A stretch of 64,000 nt of DNA from Paramecium tetraurelia (Eukaryota). The stretch covers positions 62,001 to 126,000 of the forward strand of contig CT868056.1 of assembly GCA_000165425.1 (NCBI GenBank), given 5' to 3'. The position numbers were made by a program, and so were the translations under genes. The notes beneath the pieces are model-generated. The model made no database searches and was not told where the DNA came from. It saw only the letters and a program-made list of their open reading frames with translations. This document shows positions 52,828-64,000 of this stretch, piece after piece (positions within the stretch are counted from its first letter, which is position 1; each line of letters opens with the position of its first letter).

Positions 52828-55800
52828 ATGAATAAAAGCAGCCTGAATTCATCAAAAATTAAGCAACTCTCTTCAGGTGCTCCTATTGAGGTTGTTCCTA
52901 GTGAGATCATCTTTAAAGACATTTAAATCAACCAGACATATGAAATAACTGTTTTTGTGAGAAATTTGACTCAAACAGCTCGTAGGATAAGGGTTTTTCA
53001 ACCGCATTCAAATTTTAGATGTGATTATGAAATGCAAGGGTAATTCAGGATTTCTAATTTGAAGGGCTATAGCAGCAGGACTATCAATGAAGCTCATTGT
53101 GACATTCGAAACAGCAAATCTAGAGAGTTATTCTGACAGTCTGAAGATCGTAACTGATGGTTAGTATAGCGTCGATATTCCATTACATGCATTTCCAGCA
53201 TAAGCAGCGTATGGAATTATACTAATTAAGAATAATCTATGAACCCTTCATAAACATGGGGTTCGTTCGAGTGGGGAAAGAGAAGATGGACAAAATCCAT
53301 TTTAAGAACGAAGGGAAGGCTCCTGGAAAGGTTGAGTTAAGATTAGAGAAGTTACCAGATTTTCGGATAGATCCCAACTCGTTCACACTGGCTCCAGGTT
53401 AAGAATTCTCAGTTTCCATCTTCTACAAACCCAAGGACGCAGGAATCTTTAGAGGCATAGTGGAAGTGATTGCTGATGGCTAGATGAGTGGATTGAGTCT
53501 CAAGAATCCAATAGATATCAATGCGACTTCAATAGAATTTACGCGATTCCTCATAGATTAGAGTGGTTCCCAGAATAATCATTTTAATTTTGGTACGATC
53601 TACTACGGTCAACAAAAGCAAATTGAGGCTTATTTGGTGAATAACACTCCAAAACAACAGAAGTTCAAGGTCAAATTGAAGAAGGGTTTGCATGAGCGAG
53701 AGGAAACACTGAAGTTATAAACACCAGCAGAATTAGGGTTGGAGCAAACGGAGCGTATTATGGAATGCTGGCCAGAAGAAGGAACGATTGAATCATACTC
53801 TTAAGCAACTATTATCTTTAAATGCAGACCCAAAGTAAGTGAAGAATTGCTAATACGCACAAGACAATATGCAATCAATTAAGATAAGAGAATGGATCCA
53901 GATGAATTTCAATACTCAGCCATCTTTGACTTTAATGATGACGAGCCATTGATGAACCATTTATCAGTGAATTGTATTTGTCCCCAAGTCAAATTTCCAC
54001 CCATACAAGCTTTGCAATTTGGATAGTGTGGTGCTAATCAACAAAAGGACATGGTTTTCGAGGTCCAAAATTTATCTGAGGAATTGCCAATACTTATAGC
54101 TTTTCCCATCATTCCCTACTTCACTGTGACTCCACCACTTAAGACTTTGAGTTAATCTGAGAAGGTGAACTTTTGGGTAAGTTTCAGACCTAAACATATT
54201 GGATAATTTGTTAGTATTTTGAATGCAGAATTACTTGGTGGAGTGTTCAAAATACCGATAAAGGTGACAGGCACTTGTTAGTAGATATTACCAAAACCTT
54301 AGTATAGAAGAGGACCAGAATGTTAGCCTCAAGATTTCGATGTTACAAAGGATAGATCCATCTCTGGGATTGTTAAGACTTAGACGGATAAGGTGTAGAC
54401 TTTTGATTTGTCTCGTTCAATGGTTTCTGTGGCTCAACAAAGTTTGGATAAGATAGATGAATTGAAATTAACAAACAAAGAAAAGTACAACGAGTATTTG
54501 AAGGGACATAGAGCCTAGAGGATTAAGAAAGAGAAGGAGTAGATGATTAAAATAAAGTTCACTCAGATGACTGAGAAATTAAATTCAATCAAGAATGAAT
54601 CATTGCTTTTGTAGAAGAAGAAGCAATAAGCAACTGACGAGGAGAAGCCAGACCCTCCGATTGATTATGAGTTTGTTGTTGGGATGCATGAGGATGGTTA
54701 TGATTAGGATTTGAATCTTCCGGATGCCAATGAATCCCTATTTGTAACAAAACCCATTTATCATTATGAACCAATAACTAGAGTCAAGGAGGGTAATGTG
54801 ATCAAACCATTTGATCCTGATCCCAAGACTGTCCCAAAGAAGAAATTCCCTAATGAACCTAAGACTCACAGTGAAATCAGAGATACCTTATGCGAGTTAA
54901 CAGCTGAGTAATTGCTCAAGGTAAGTGCTGGTCCAGTTAAAATTGAATTCGGAAATATCTATGTAAAATCTCTGGCCACTAAATATTTTTATGTTCGAAA
55001 TGAATTAAGGAATTCGATATCTGTTCGGATATATTCAGACAGGGAAGACTTTGCTTAATCATACATGAAACCTCAAATCATCCCAAGTGGACAAACAGCG
55101 GGGTTTGATGTATGTGTGAATTCTAGGTAATTAGGATAGTTGAAATCACATTTGAAATATATCATCAATGAGAAACATGTCTTTGAGATATAAGTATCAG
55201 CCACAATCGAGAAGGTGTTATTGGAAATGAGTAGATAATAGGTAAGATTAACCTTCACTGAAGACAATTCAGAGATGGAAACTGTTGAAATTCTGAGATT
55301 AACCAACAATGGAAATGCTGATGCCAAATTCAAGTGGATTACATCAGATAAAAAAACATTTTCAGTTAAACCAGAGGAAGGGGTTGTCGCATTTGGGAAG
55401 TATTTAGAATGTTAGATAATATATCGTCCATCTCTGGCAAATAATCAATAATAATATGCAGTCTAAGCATCTGGTCAATAATAGTAATATACTGCAGCCA
55501 CAACTAGGACAGAGGAGGAAAAAATTACACTCAAAACGGAAGAAGGATTAGATCAAACAGTCAAATGCATTGGAGTTGTTACTGAACCAAAATGCTCAGT
55601 CAAGTAAGGCTCATTAGATTTCAAAGACGTTGTTGTATGTAAACCTGATACTAAAATAATCAGTGTAAAGAATCACTCCAAATCAACAGCTGTATTTGCA
55701 ATAAAATCATAAATAGATTGCATTGAGGTCATGCCTATGAAAGGTAGAATTCATTCTGAAGAAACTAAAGACATTCAAGTGAAGTTCTTTAGTAAAGAGG

Positions 55801-58800
55801 AGAAAACAATCAAAGGAGAAGTAGTGATTCAAATCAGAGGAGGAAAACTACTACTTGTACCATTCTCAGCTCAAGCAATCATACCTAAAATTGAAATTGA
55901 GTAGGATCTTTTCGATTTTGGTAATGTCACCACTCTAGGCACAAGTAATCAAATGCCTTTGACTCTCGTAAATACATCCTCTGTGAATGTGGAATTAGTT
56001 TTGGATTTGAGATCCCAAAGTGATAATCCTAAGGCTCCTGATGGAATCGACTGTTTGGAATTCAAACCATAAGATGATGATGACACTATTATGCACTCTG
56101 TTCATCCTGATTAGGAAGAAGATGAACCCAAAGAAGAGGATCCATTGGATGATGTATCAGAGAAATCAGAACCCATAGAAGTTGAATAGAAGATCTATCG
56201 GTAATATAATATCTCCATTGGAGCAGGAAAGACTTAACAATTTTTGCTTCGTTTCTCCCCTAAAGAAGTTAAACAGTATTCCTTTGATATTCCATTGACT
56301 CTTGCAAGATTTGGTATGTTGCCCACTTTGCTAAGAAGAGTTACTTGCAAGGGACTCAGAACCTAAATTCTTAGTTGAACCTTAGTCCATCGAATTCAAG
56401 AAGAAAATTATTACATCCCCAGATAAATGTTTTCCAACTGTTGAAGAAATCCGGTTGTCCAATCCTGATAAACGAGATGTCCAATGGAAGATCGATGTAT
56501 CCTCATTGAAATCTGACAAAATCTTTTCAATAGAACCTTCAGAAGGAGTTGTACCCAGTGGCCAACAGTAAAAAATTAGAGTCAAATTTAATCCCTATGG
56601 CCCTGGATAATTCAGTGGAGTCGTCCAATTATACATTTTATCTGATCCAGAAATACCACCAACCTTGCCCTATGTAGAAATCACATTAGGTGGCACGGGA
56701 GCGTATCCAAGATTATTATTTGACAAAAAAGAAATCATTCTACCAGTTGTCCCATTGAATATTCAATCAAGGTGTTACTTTAGGATTATTAATGATGGAT
56801 ACGAAAACTTGAACCTAAAATACAATTGGGCTCAGGAAATCAGTAATTTCAATTTAGAACTCAAATTTCCTGAAGGGACTACTTTGGGAGTTGCCAAAAG
56901 CAAAATAAGAGTGGAAGTTATCTTTAGCAATAAGAAACCTTTGAGTTTCACAACAAGAGTGGAATTTATTGATGAAGCTCGAGTATATTCAATATACATT
57001 TCTGGAACAACGGACAATTGTATATTTACGAATCAAACATTCCTTTGGAGGATGGGCAGATATTAATTGGAAGTTGAAGAGAGGAAACCAATACTCTACG
57101 TTGAAGATGAGAATGTAGATTCTGACAATGAGAAGAATACTAAACATAATTTGTCTGTTAGATCTAGTACTTCATCTAAAGGCACTGCAAATTTAGGTTA
57201 CACTCCTGTCAGAAGAGATCAGTTTGACTCTGCTTCTGAATATATCATCAGATGGCTCAATTATCATGTACTCACAACCAGTATTACTATGTATCCTGAA
57301 GATGTCATCAATTCCAATGGACAACAGATTTTTGAACTCATCACTTTTTTGACAGGAAAACAGAACTTTTCGTATAAATAAAACATTGATCCGAATTGGA
57401 AGAAATCTTAGAGGGCTGAAGCACTTTATAAACAATATGATGAAGTGATCAGATAACTTAAAATAGAGGGAGCATTGCTTAATCACATCAGGTCAGAATA
57501 CTTGTTGAGTTATTAAGATTATTTAGCATGGCTCAAAGTTCAACCTCCAAATAAGTTTGAAAATGTCCCTGAAAACATGTTGAGACTCAATCCTACTAAA
57601 TACTATTATTTACAATAAGATGCATGGATTGCCTTATTTTATCAAATAATCAAGATCTATTATTTAAATCGTATCACTGCCAAGGCTTTCAAAGCTCTGC
57701 CTGGAATCCCAACTGCTAAATTAAATATTCCTGAATACTATTTGGAGGGATCCAATTTGATTTCGTAATCAGAAGGTATACTCCTCTACTTTTATGAAAT
57801 ATGTAATGAGATACAAAGTCAAATGCCCAGACGCATCAAGAATTTTGATTAAGATTTCAGAGATTCAACAATAATCTCTGATGCTTTAACCACTTTCATT
57901 GGTCCTTCCATGAATAAGTTTTTCAACAATCTCCGTAATTCCTGTAATCATGAGGATGATTATAAATACAACACTGAAAAATTGATGCCTGCTTTACAAG
58001 ATTTCGGTCTTCAATCTCATATATAACCTACAGACATATATCGTCCGTAATGTAGAGAAAATGGTTATGTTACTAATTCAATTGTTCTTCTCATTACCCT
58101 ATTACATTCCCCAAAAAGAACCTATATTCTTCTCTTGTGTTCTTGGTGAAGAAGTAGTCAAAAGCATTGAACTTAAGAATCCCACTCAAAAACCAATTAG
58201 TTACTGGGTTAAATATGAAGGACATCCAGATTTTTAATTAGAGGGGGATGAGAGTATCAAAATTGAACCAGATGTTCCTTATCAATATAAGATTAAGTTT
58301 ACATCGAGAATATCTTAGCCAGTTTCTGGAAGAGTTATTTTCACCAATAAAAAGGAGTCAAACATATAGGCAGCTGCTTTAGTTTTTGAATTAAAATCCA
58401 GTATTACAGGCAGAAAATCTGAGAAGTAATGGAATGTCAGTTCAATATTGTACGAAATCTTTGACTTTCAAATTTAAATAACTAATAAATTCTTATAGGA
58501 CGGTGAATTTCAAATAATCATAACTCATGAGAAAAAGTAGATAGATTAATAGAAAAAGAAGGGAAAGACTACTTAAGTGTAATCAGTAATTTAAGAGGAG
58601 GAATTCCCAGCATTCTTTTGTCAGCAAGAGAAGGTTCGTATTCGCAAGAATCAAACCATTAATCTAACATTACAATATATTCCATTAACAATGGATACTC
58701 ATAAATGTTAAATAGTTTTAACTGATCCATAAGTTGGAGAATTTCAACATGATCTATAAGGAACAGTAGAGTTGCCTAATTTATCAGGGGAATTCAAACC

Positions 58801-61540
58801 AGAGAAACCATTGTATGTAGATCAAACTCTGTAAATTCCCTATTAAATTCCTTTCAAGAATGAATTAATAGTTCGAGCAAGACAACAAATCTAATAGATT
58901 ATGCAATTGAAATAGAAGAATAAATAAACAGGTTTAGATAAAACTATTTCCTAGAATAAATTAGTGTTTCCAGGCAGTAACGTTGATTAAATTACTTTTG
59001 ATTTAGAAGTATTTCCTTAAACGTAATATCTATAAGTTCCATAAACATTAACAGTAGTAGATGCAAATAAAAAGTAAGTTGAGCGTGGTACTGATGGTAA
59101 ATTGCCGATTACTTATGCTTTTAAGAATGCTACAAAAGATTTCAGTGTTATTTTGACCCTTAAAAATAAGTTCGATATCAGAAGATACAAGTTGTCAGCA
59201 TAAGTATTGCCAAAAGTAGTCAAAGCCACTTTAGAATTCAGAGTGCCTGCAAGACAACAAGTAGTTTAAGAAATTCCAATTGTAAATAATTCAGATAAGG
59301 ATTGGAGCATTAAAGTGTAGATTACACAGAGTTAGGATGGACTATTTCAATGTCCAAACAAGGATTTTCCAGTGAAGAAGAAGTCTACAGGTTTATTTCC
59401 AATTACATTTAATCCTTTATGGATTGCATAGTGTGAAGCAAAACTAGTTCTGAACAACCCATCGACAAATGATGTTTTTGAATACGATTTGATTGGTATT
59501 GGAGAAGAACCAGTTGCTGAAGAGCATATCATACTTAATTGTTAAGCGAGGAAGTAATTGAAGAGAGACATTGAAATTAAAAATAATTCTGAAAATGTAA
59601 TCACTTACAAAGTTGAAACTGATTTGATTTATGCTACAGGACCATAAACAATTACTGTACAACCAGGAAAGAAAGCTATTTATCAAATAACAGTTTAGCC
59701 AGTTCTATCTGGGTAATACACTGGTTCAATTACTTTCACAGAAGAAAATGGAAGGTACTTGTGGTATACTGTCTTTATGAATACTGAATCTCCGAAATCA
59801 GTTTAGACTTTAGATTTATCTTGTTTAATTAGATAAGCCACGGTAATGCAATTAACACTTGCTAATCCCTTGCCTGAGACTGCAATTTATGAAGCCATTA
59901 TCAATGGAGATGGTTTAGTAGGAGAAGATTAATTTGCGATTGGAGCTAATAAAGAAGGCAATTATGAATTGACTTTTGCTCCCCTTAAAGTAGGTAGATG
60001 GAGAGGTAGTGTGGCATTTGTAAATCGTTAATTAGGTGAGGTTTGGTATGAATTCATACTCACTTGTGAAGAGTAACCTCTAATAAAATTAAATGTGTTG
60101 AAGGCATCCCTTGGAAAAGTAGAGTCATAGACTGTTATTCTAGAAAATCCATCTGATTAAAAGATCAGTTTGTAGTATAGAATTTCTAACCCAACTAATT
60201 TTGATATCTATCCAGATGAACTAATTATTCAGCCATATGACATTTTAAAGGTTAGTATTAGATATACTCCATCATCACTTGATCAAATCGAATAATCCGA
60301 CATTATCTTTACCTCTCCTATTGGCAAATGGCATTATTTAATATTTGGTAATGGTTTACCCCCAACCAAATTTCCAGCTACAACCGTTAGTATAGGATTG
60401 AATAAGGATTACAGTTCAGTTGTACATTTTAAGAATCCTTTCAAAGATCCCATTACTGTAAAGATTGAATTGGAAGCAGAGGGACATAATAAGGACGTGT
60501 TTAAATTGCTGACAAGCAAGAATGATAAAATCCTTATTCCAGGTATGAATGTATTATAAATTCCCTTTTCATTTGTTCCCAGAGAAATCACTTGCTATTA
60601 TGCTGAAATAGTTATCCAAATGAATGAAAAGATTTCCTGGAACTTTCCTATTAAAGGTGTAACAGAAAGTGTTTCAAATCAAACTTTGTTTCATTTCAAA
60701 GCTAAATGTAGAGAAAAATGGGAAGATGAAATTAAGATTGGTCTTTAAGGAATTGCTTAAAGTCTACAAGCTGATGATAAATTCGATTACGAATTATCAA
60801 ATATACCAGTAGATTTGTAACAAATGATCAACAAATGCTTTAGTGTTAAATGTACAAAAAATTATTTAAATAATCCTCACGAGAATCTCCAATTTGCAGT
60901 TCGATTTCAACCAATGAAGCCATTTAAATCTAGTCTTGAGTTTATTGTACTTAGGCAAAGTGGAGGCAGATGGAAGTATTCATATTATATTGATTTCATA
61001 GATACAAGATTGTATTAGAAGCTACTCAACCCGATGAAGATGATGTCATCATAATTAGTTCCCCTTTGAATAAAACTACCAGCGTCTCCTTTAAATTAAC
61101 TAACAAAACCAAAGGATATGCTAAATTCTATGCTGGATTCACTCCTGATTCTGATGCTGAGTTTTCAGTCATACCTAAAATTGGTGATCTTGAACCTTAT
61201 GGAAGAGAGGGTACTACTTTTGTAATTTCATTTACTCCAATAGAATATGGCAAAGTAAGAAAGGGAAAATTAATCATTCAAACTGAAGATATGTATTGGT
61301 ATCAAAGTATCATTATAATATAGGTCTTATTTGATTAAAGGCATACTTCCCAAATATGTGCCACCGCAAATCAAACAATCCAATATAGACAATCATTAAA
61401 GTATATCACAGATTTAGCAATCAAGTATTATTGATTAATCCAAAAACTATGTTGTTGAGAATATTAAAAAAGCAAGATAACTTACTCCACCTACCTCAAA
61501 AAAATAGATGTTTTTAGAAGCCTCCTTTATTAAAAAATGA
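52828..61540 (+). CDS. CFAP47: Cilia- and flagella-associated protein 47-like (tandem ASH/Ig-like domains + CH-like domain), with two apparent frameshifts
   Basis: Repeated ASH-type motifs (DFGxV...N...F..P..G), CH-like IIRWLNYH and NFDQDFRDS, and C-terminal FTPIEYGK...GKLIIQT...W. About 2,850 aa. TGA at 61538-61540. Confidence 0.8.
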
Positions 61541-61572
61541 AATATCTACATATATATTTTTATATTATTATA

Positions 61573-62173
61573 TCATTTTGTATCAAGATCTTAATTCAAT
61601 AGTTTTGATGTTTCCTTACTAAAGTAATTCTTAGATTCTAATTAATTCTTTTAGGTTAATAATTCATCTCTAAAAATGCTATAGATATAGATATTTACTT
61701 CACATCATTTACAACTTTATCGCTCACTCCAAAATAATCTAATAAGTTAAAGAGAAAATGCTTCTGGAAATTTGGATCAAACTTCAAGGCTGTATCAATT
61801 TGTTTCCCTTTAATTTTAGCCAGACCTCTCATATATTCAATAGGGTTATAGAGTCCTAGGATTCATAAATTTAAATACCTGTTATTGCTGCAGTCCCCAT
61901 AATGTAAAATGATGTAAAAACAATTGATTGAATTGTACCATATTTAATCACTTCTCTAAAACCAAATTTCTTAGGTGAAAATAACTTTTTTGAATAATGT
62001 TTGAAATGTATTGTATAATACATAGTGAATCCTGCAGTAATTATATTGAATGGGACAAGTAAATACAAACGATAATTAGGTAAGTATTACTCTTTATATC
62101 TTTATTCAAGTATCTTTAACTATTCTTCTGTTAAATTGTCAATATTATCCATTCTTATCTCATCGTCTTCCAT
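61573..62173 (-). CDS. Hypothetical two-TM membrane protein
   Basis: MEDDEIRM..., with hydrophobic LYLLVPFNIITAGFTMYY and IVFTSFYIMGTAAITG. Two tiny introns restore the frame to TGA 61573-61575. Confidence 0.7.
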
Positions 62174-62334
62174 CACAAATAATTTTATAAATAATAGTAT
62201 TATTCAAGAAAAAAAATGAACGAAATCTCATTCCCCCCAAATTATCAATTTATTAATCTAAACCTCTCTGGAATTCCAATGAATTAAGAGAACGATTAGA
62301 AAGCACAATATATAATGAAAAAAGCTTAAATATA

Positions 62335-63309
62335 TCATTCATCTAGCCATCTTATCTTCTTTCCATCTTCCCATTCTCCTTCTCTTTCAATGCCATTACT
62401 TCCTCTATACACTCCTTTACCATGTTATTATCCATCCTTCCAAAATCCTTTGTACATTCTGCCATCTGGCCAAAAGAACTCACCGAAACCATGCTTCTTA
62501 TCATCGAAATATTATCCTTTATATTTTCTACCATCCTTCCAAGTGAAAATACCATTTCCATCCATTTTATTGTCTTTCCAATCTCCAGTATACTCCCTAA
62601 AATCTGCCCATTTATAAACTCCTTTTCCATGAATATTATTGAGAGCAAACTCTCCAGTGTAAGTACTACCATCGCTCCAAGTAAATGTACCAATTCCATG
62701 TTTTAAACCCATATCATAGTCACCTTCATACATGGCTCCATCAGCCCATTTTTCTAATCCAAAACCATGTTATTTATCTTCAAACCACTCTCCTACATAG
62801 GATGCTCCATCTTTATGAAAGTAGGTTCCTTTGCCATGAGCCTTGTCATTGAGCCATTCTCCAATGTAGACATCTCCGTCAGCATGAATCAACCTTCCTT
62901 TTCCGTTAGCCATATCCTTAGCAAAGTAACCTTCATAAACAGAACCATCAGCCCAATGCTATTTGCCTCTGCCTTATCTCATCCCGTTCTTCCACTGTCC
63001 TTCGTAGTACACATTAGTTTCAATTTCCAACACTCCAGAATAAGGGAGGGCGAATATATCCTCAGTTGGGTCGTCGTATTAATAGGGACCAACCCTATTT
63101 AATGCTTCTAGAGTGAATGAATTACATATAGCAAGCATAGAAGTTAGTGTTTTGAGATCGGATCTAATGTGTTGAACTAATTGAGAGGATTGTTATGATT
63201 TTGGTTTGACATTCGAGTTTTCTTAATTGTCAGGTACCTTCCTTGCTGGTTTGAGTTCATTGCGAGATTCATATTGATTTGGATCATCACAGGTTGCGCA
63301 ATTGCCCAT
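62335..63309 (-). CDS. MORN-repeat protein with MGNC N-terminus
   Basis: About 9-10 YxGxW/F...GxG...W.DG repeats. MGNCATC start suggests myristoylation/palmitoylation. TGA at 62335-62337. Confidence 0.92.
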
Positions 63310-63331
63310 TTTGACTGTTATAATTTATATT

Positions 63332-64000
63332 ATGTTATCAAATCGATCAAATAAGGATACCAAAGAAGTGAAACGTATTAGTTTGATTCCAAGTCGACAA
63401 GAGCAATAACAGGAATAGGAATACAAGTACATTCAACCTGTAAAATCTGTGAATGTGGAGAATCAGGATCCAAAATGGTCAGAACTGAAAGTAGATGGCA
63501 AGAATATCAACCACAGAGCTTACACCAGCATAACAATTCACAATGATTTGTATAATTTTGAGTGTTATCCTAGTCTGTACTTGTATGGGGGATACCAAGT
63601 TCAATTAGGAATCATGGATGAATTCTATCGTATGAATCTAAAGAGTTAAAGTTACCAATGGGAAAAGCTGACTTACAAGGAAAACCCAGGACCAAGAACT
63701 CGCCATCAGATGTGTACATACATGGATAGAATCTACATTTTTGGCGGATAGATTCACCAATCTGTCTCCACCAATTCCATGTGGTACTTTGATCTCAACT
63801 CCCACACTTGGGTCAAGTGCAAAATTAATCAATCATACCCTCCAGAAATAGACAATCACACAGCCATCATCCACAATGATAATTGGATAGTCTTTGGAGG
63901 CTTCTTCGGAGGAACTGTGGGTTTGCATTCCAACTATGTGTATAAATATGATTTTAGTTCGAACACATGGCAAAGAATGCAACCCTAAAGCAGCCTTGCT
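63332..64000 (+). CDS. Kelch-repeat protein (runs off the right edge)
   Basis: LYLYGG, PGPRTRHQM...IYIFGG...MWYFDLNSHTW, HTAIIH...IVFGG...YKYDFSSNTW. One tiny intron near 63550-63573. Confidence 0.85.

Noticed and set aside
62352..63102. Stack of overlapping ORFs on both strands
   Set aside because: A by-product of the periodic MORN repeat codons. Only the MORN frame is meaningful.

Overview
This is AT-rich, gene-dense eukaryotic DNA from a ciliate, most likely a Paramecium macronuclear chromosome. Genes read only with TAA/TAG = Gln and TGA as the sole stop, and they are interrupted by roughly 20-34 nt GT..AG introns, so the supplied standard-code ORF track fragments nearly every gene. Hand translation gives about 27 genes: Tousled-like kinase (partial), an EF-hand protein, three 6TM CNBD-type K+ channels, a small secreted 8-Cys protein, an AIG1/septin-like GTPase, sideroflexin, a Utp5/WDR43-like protein, VAP, an LTA4H-type M1 aminopeptidase, a four-domain Cav-like channel, a bZIP factor, a CBM20-TPS-TPP fusion, a PAS membrane protein, katanin p60, an SCP-type phosphatase, CDPK, CFAP47, MORN and Kelch proteins, several hypotheticals and one probable pseudogene. 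I found no rRNA, tRNA, CRISPR, transposon or telomere repeats. I cannot establish a new multi-gene system from the sequence. The best leads are an all-aspartate (D/D/D/D) four-domain channel filter, a CCHC zinc knuckle after the CNBD in all three K+ channels, a TPS/TPP double pseudo-enzyme, two apparent frameshifts in CFAP47, and 5-24 bp intergenic gaps. All family assignments rest on motifs recognised by eye, not database searches.
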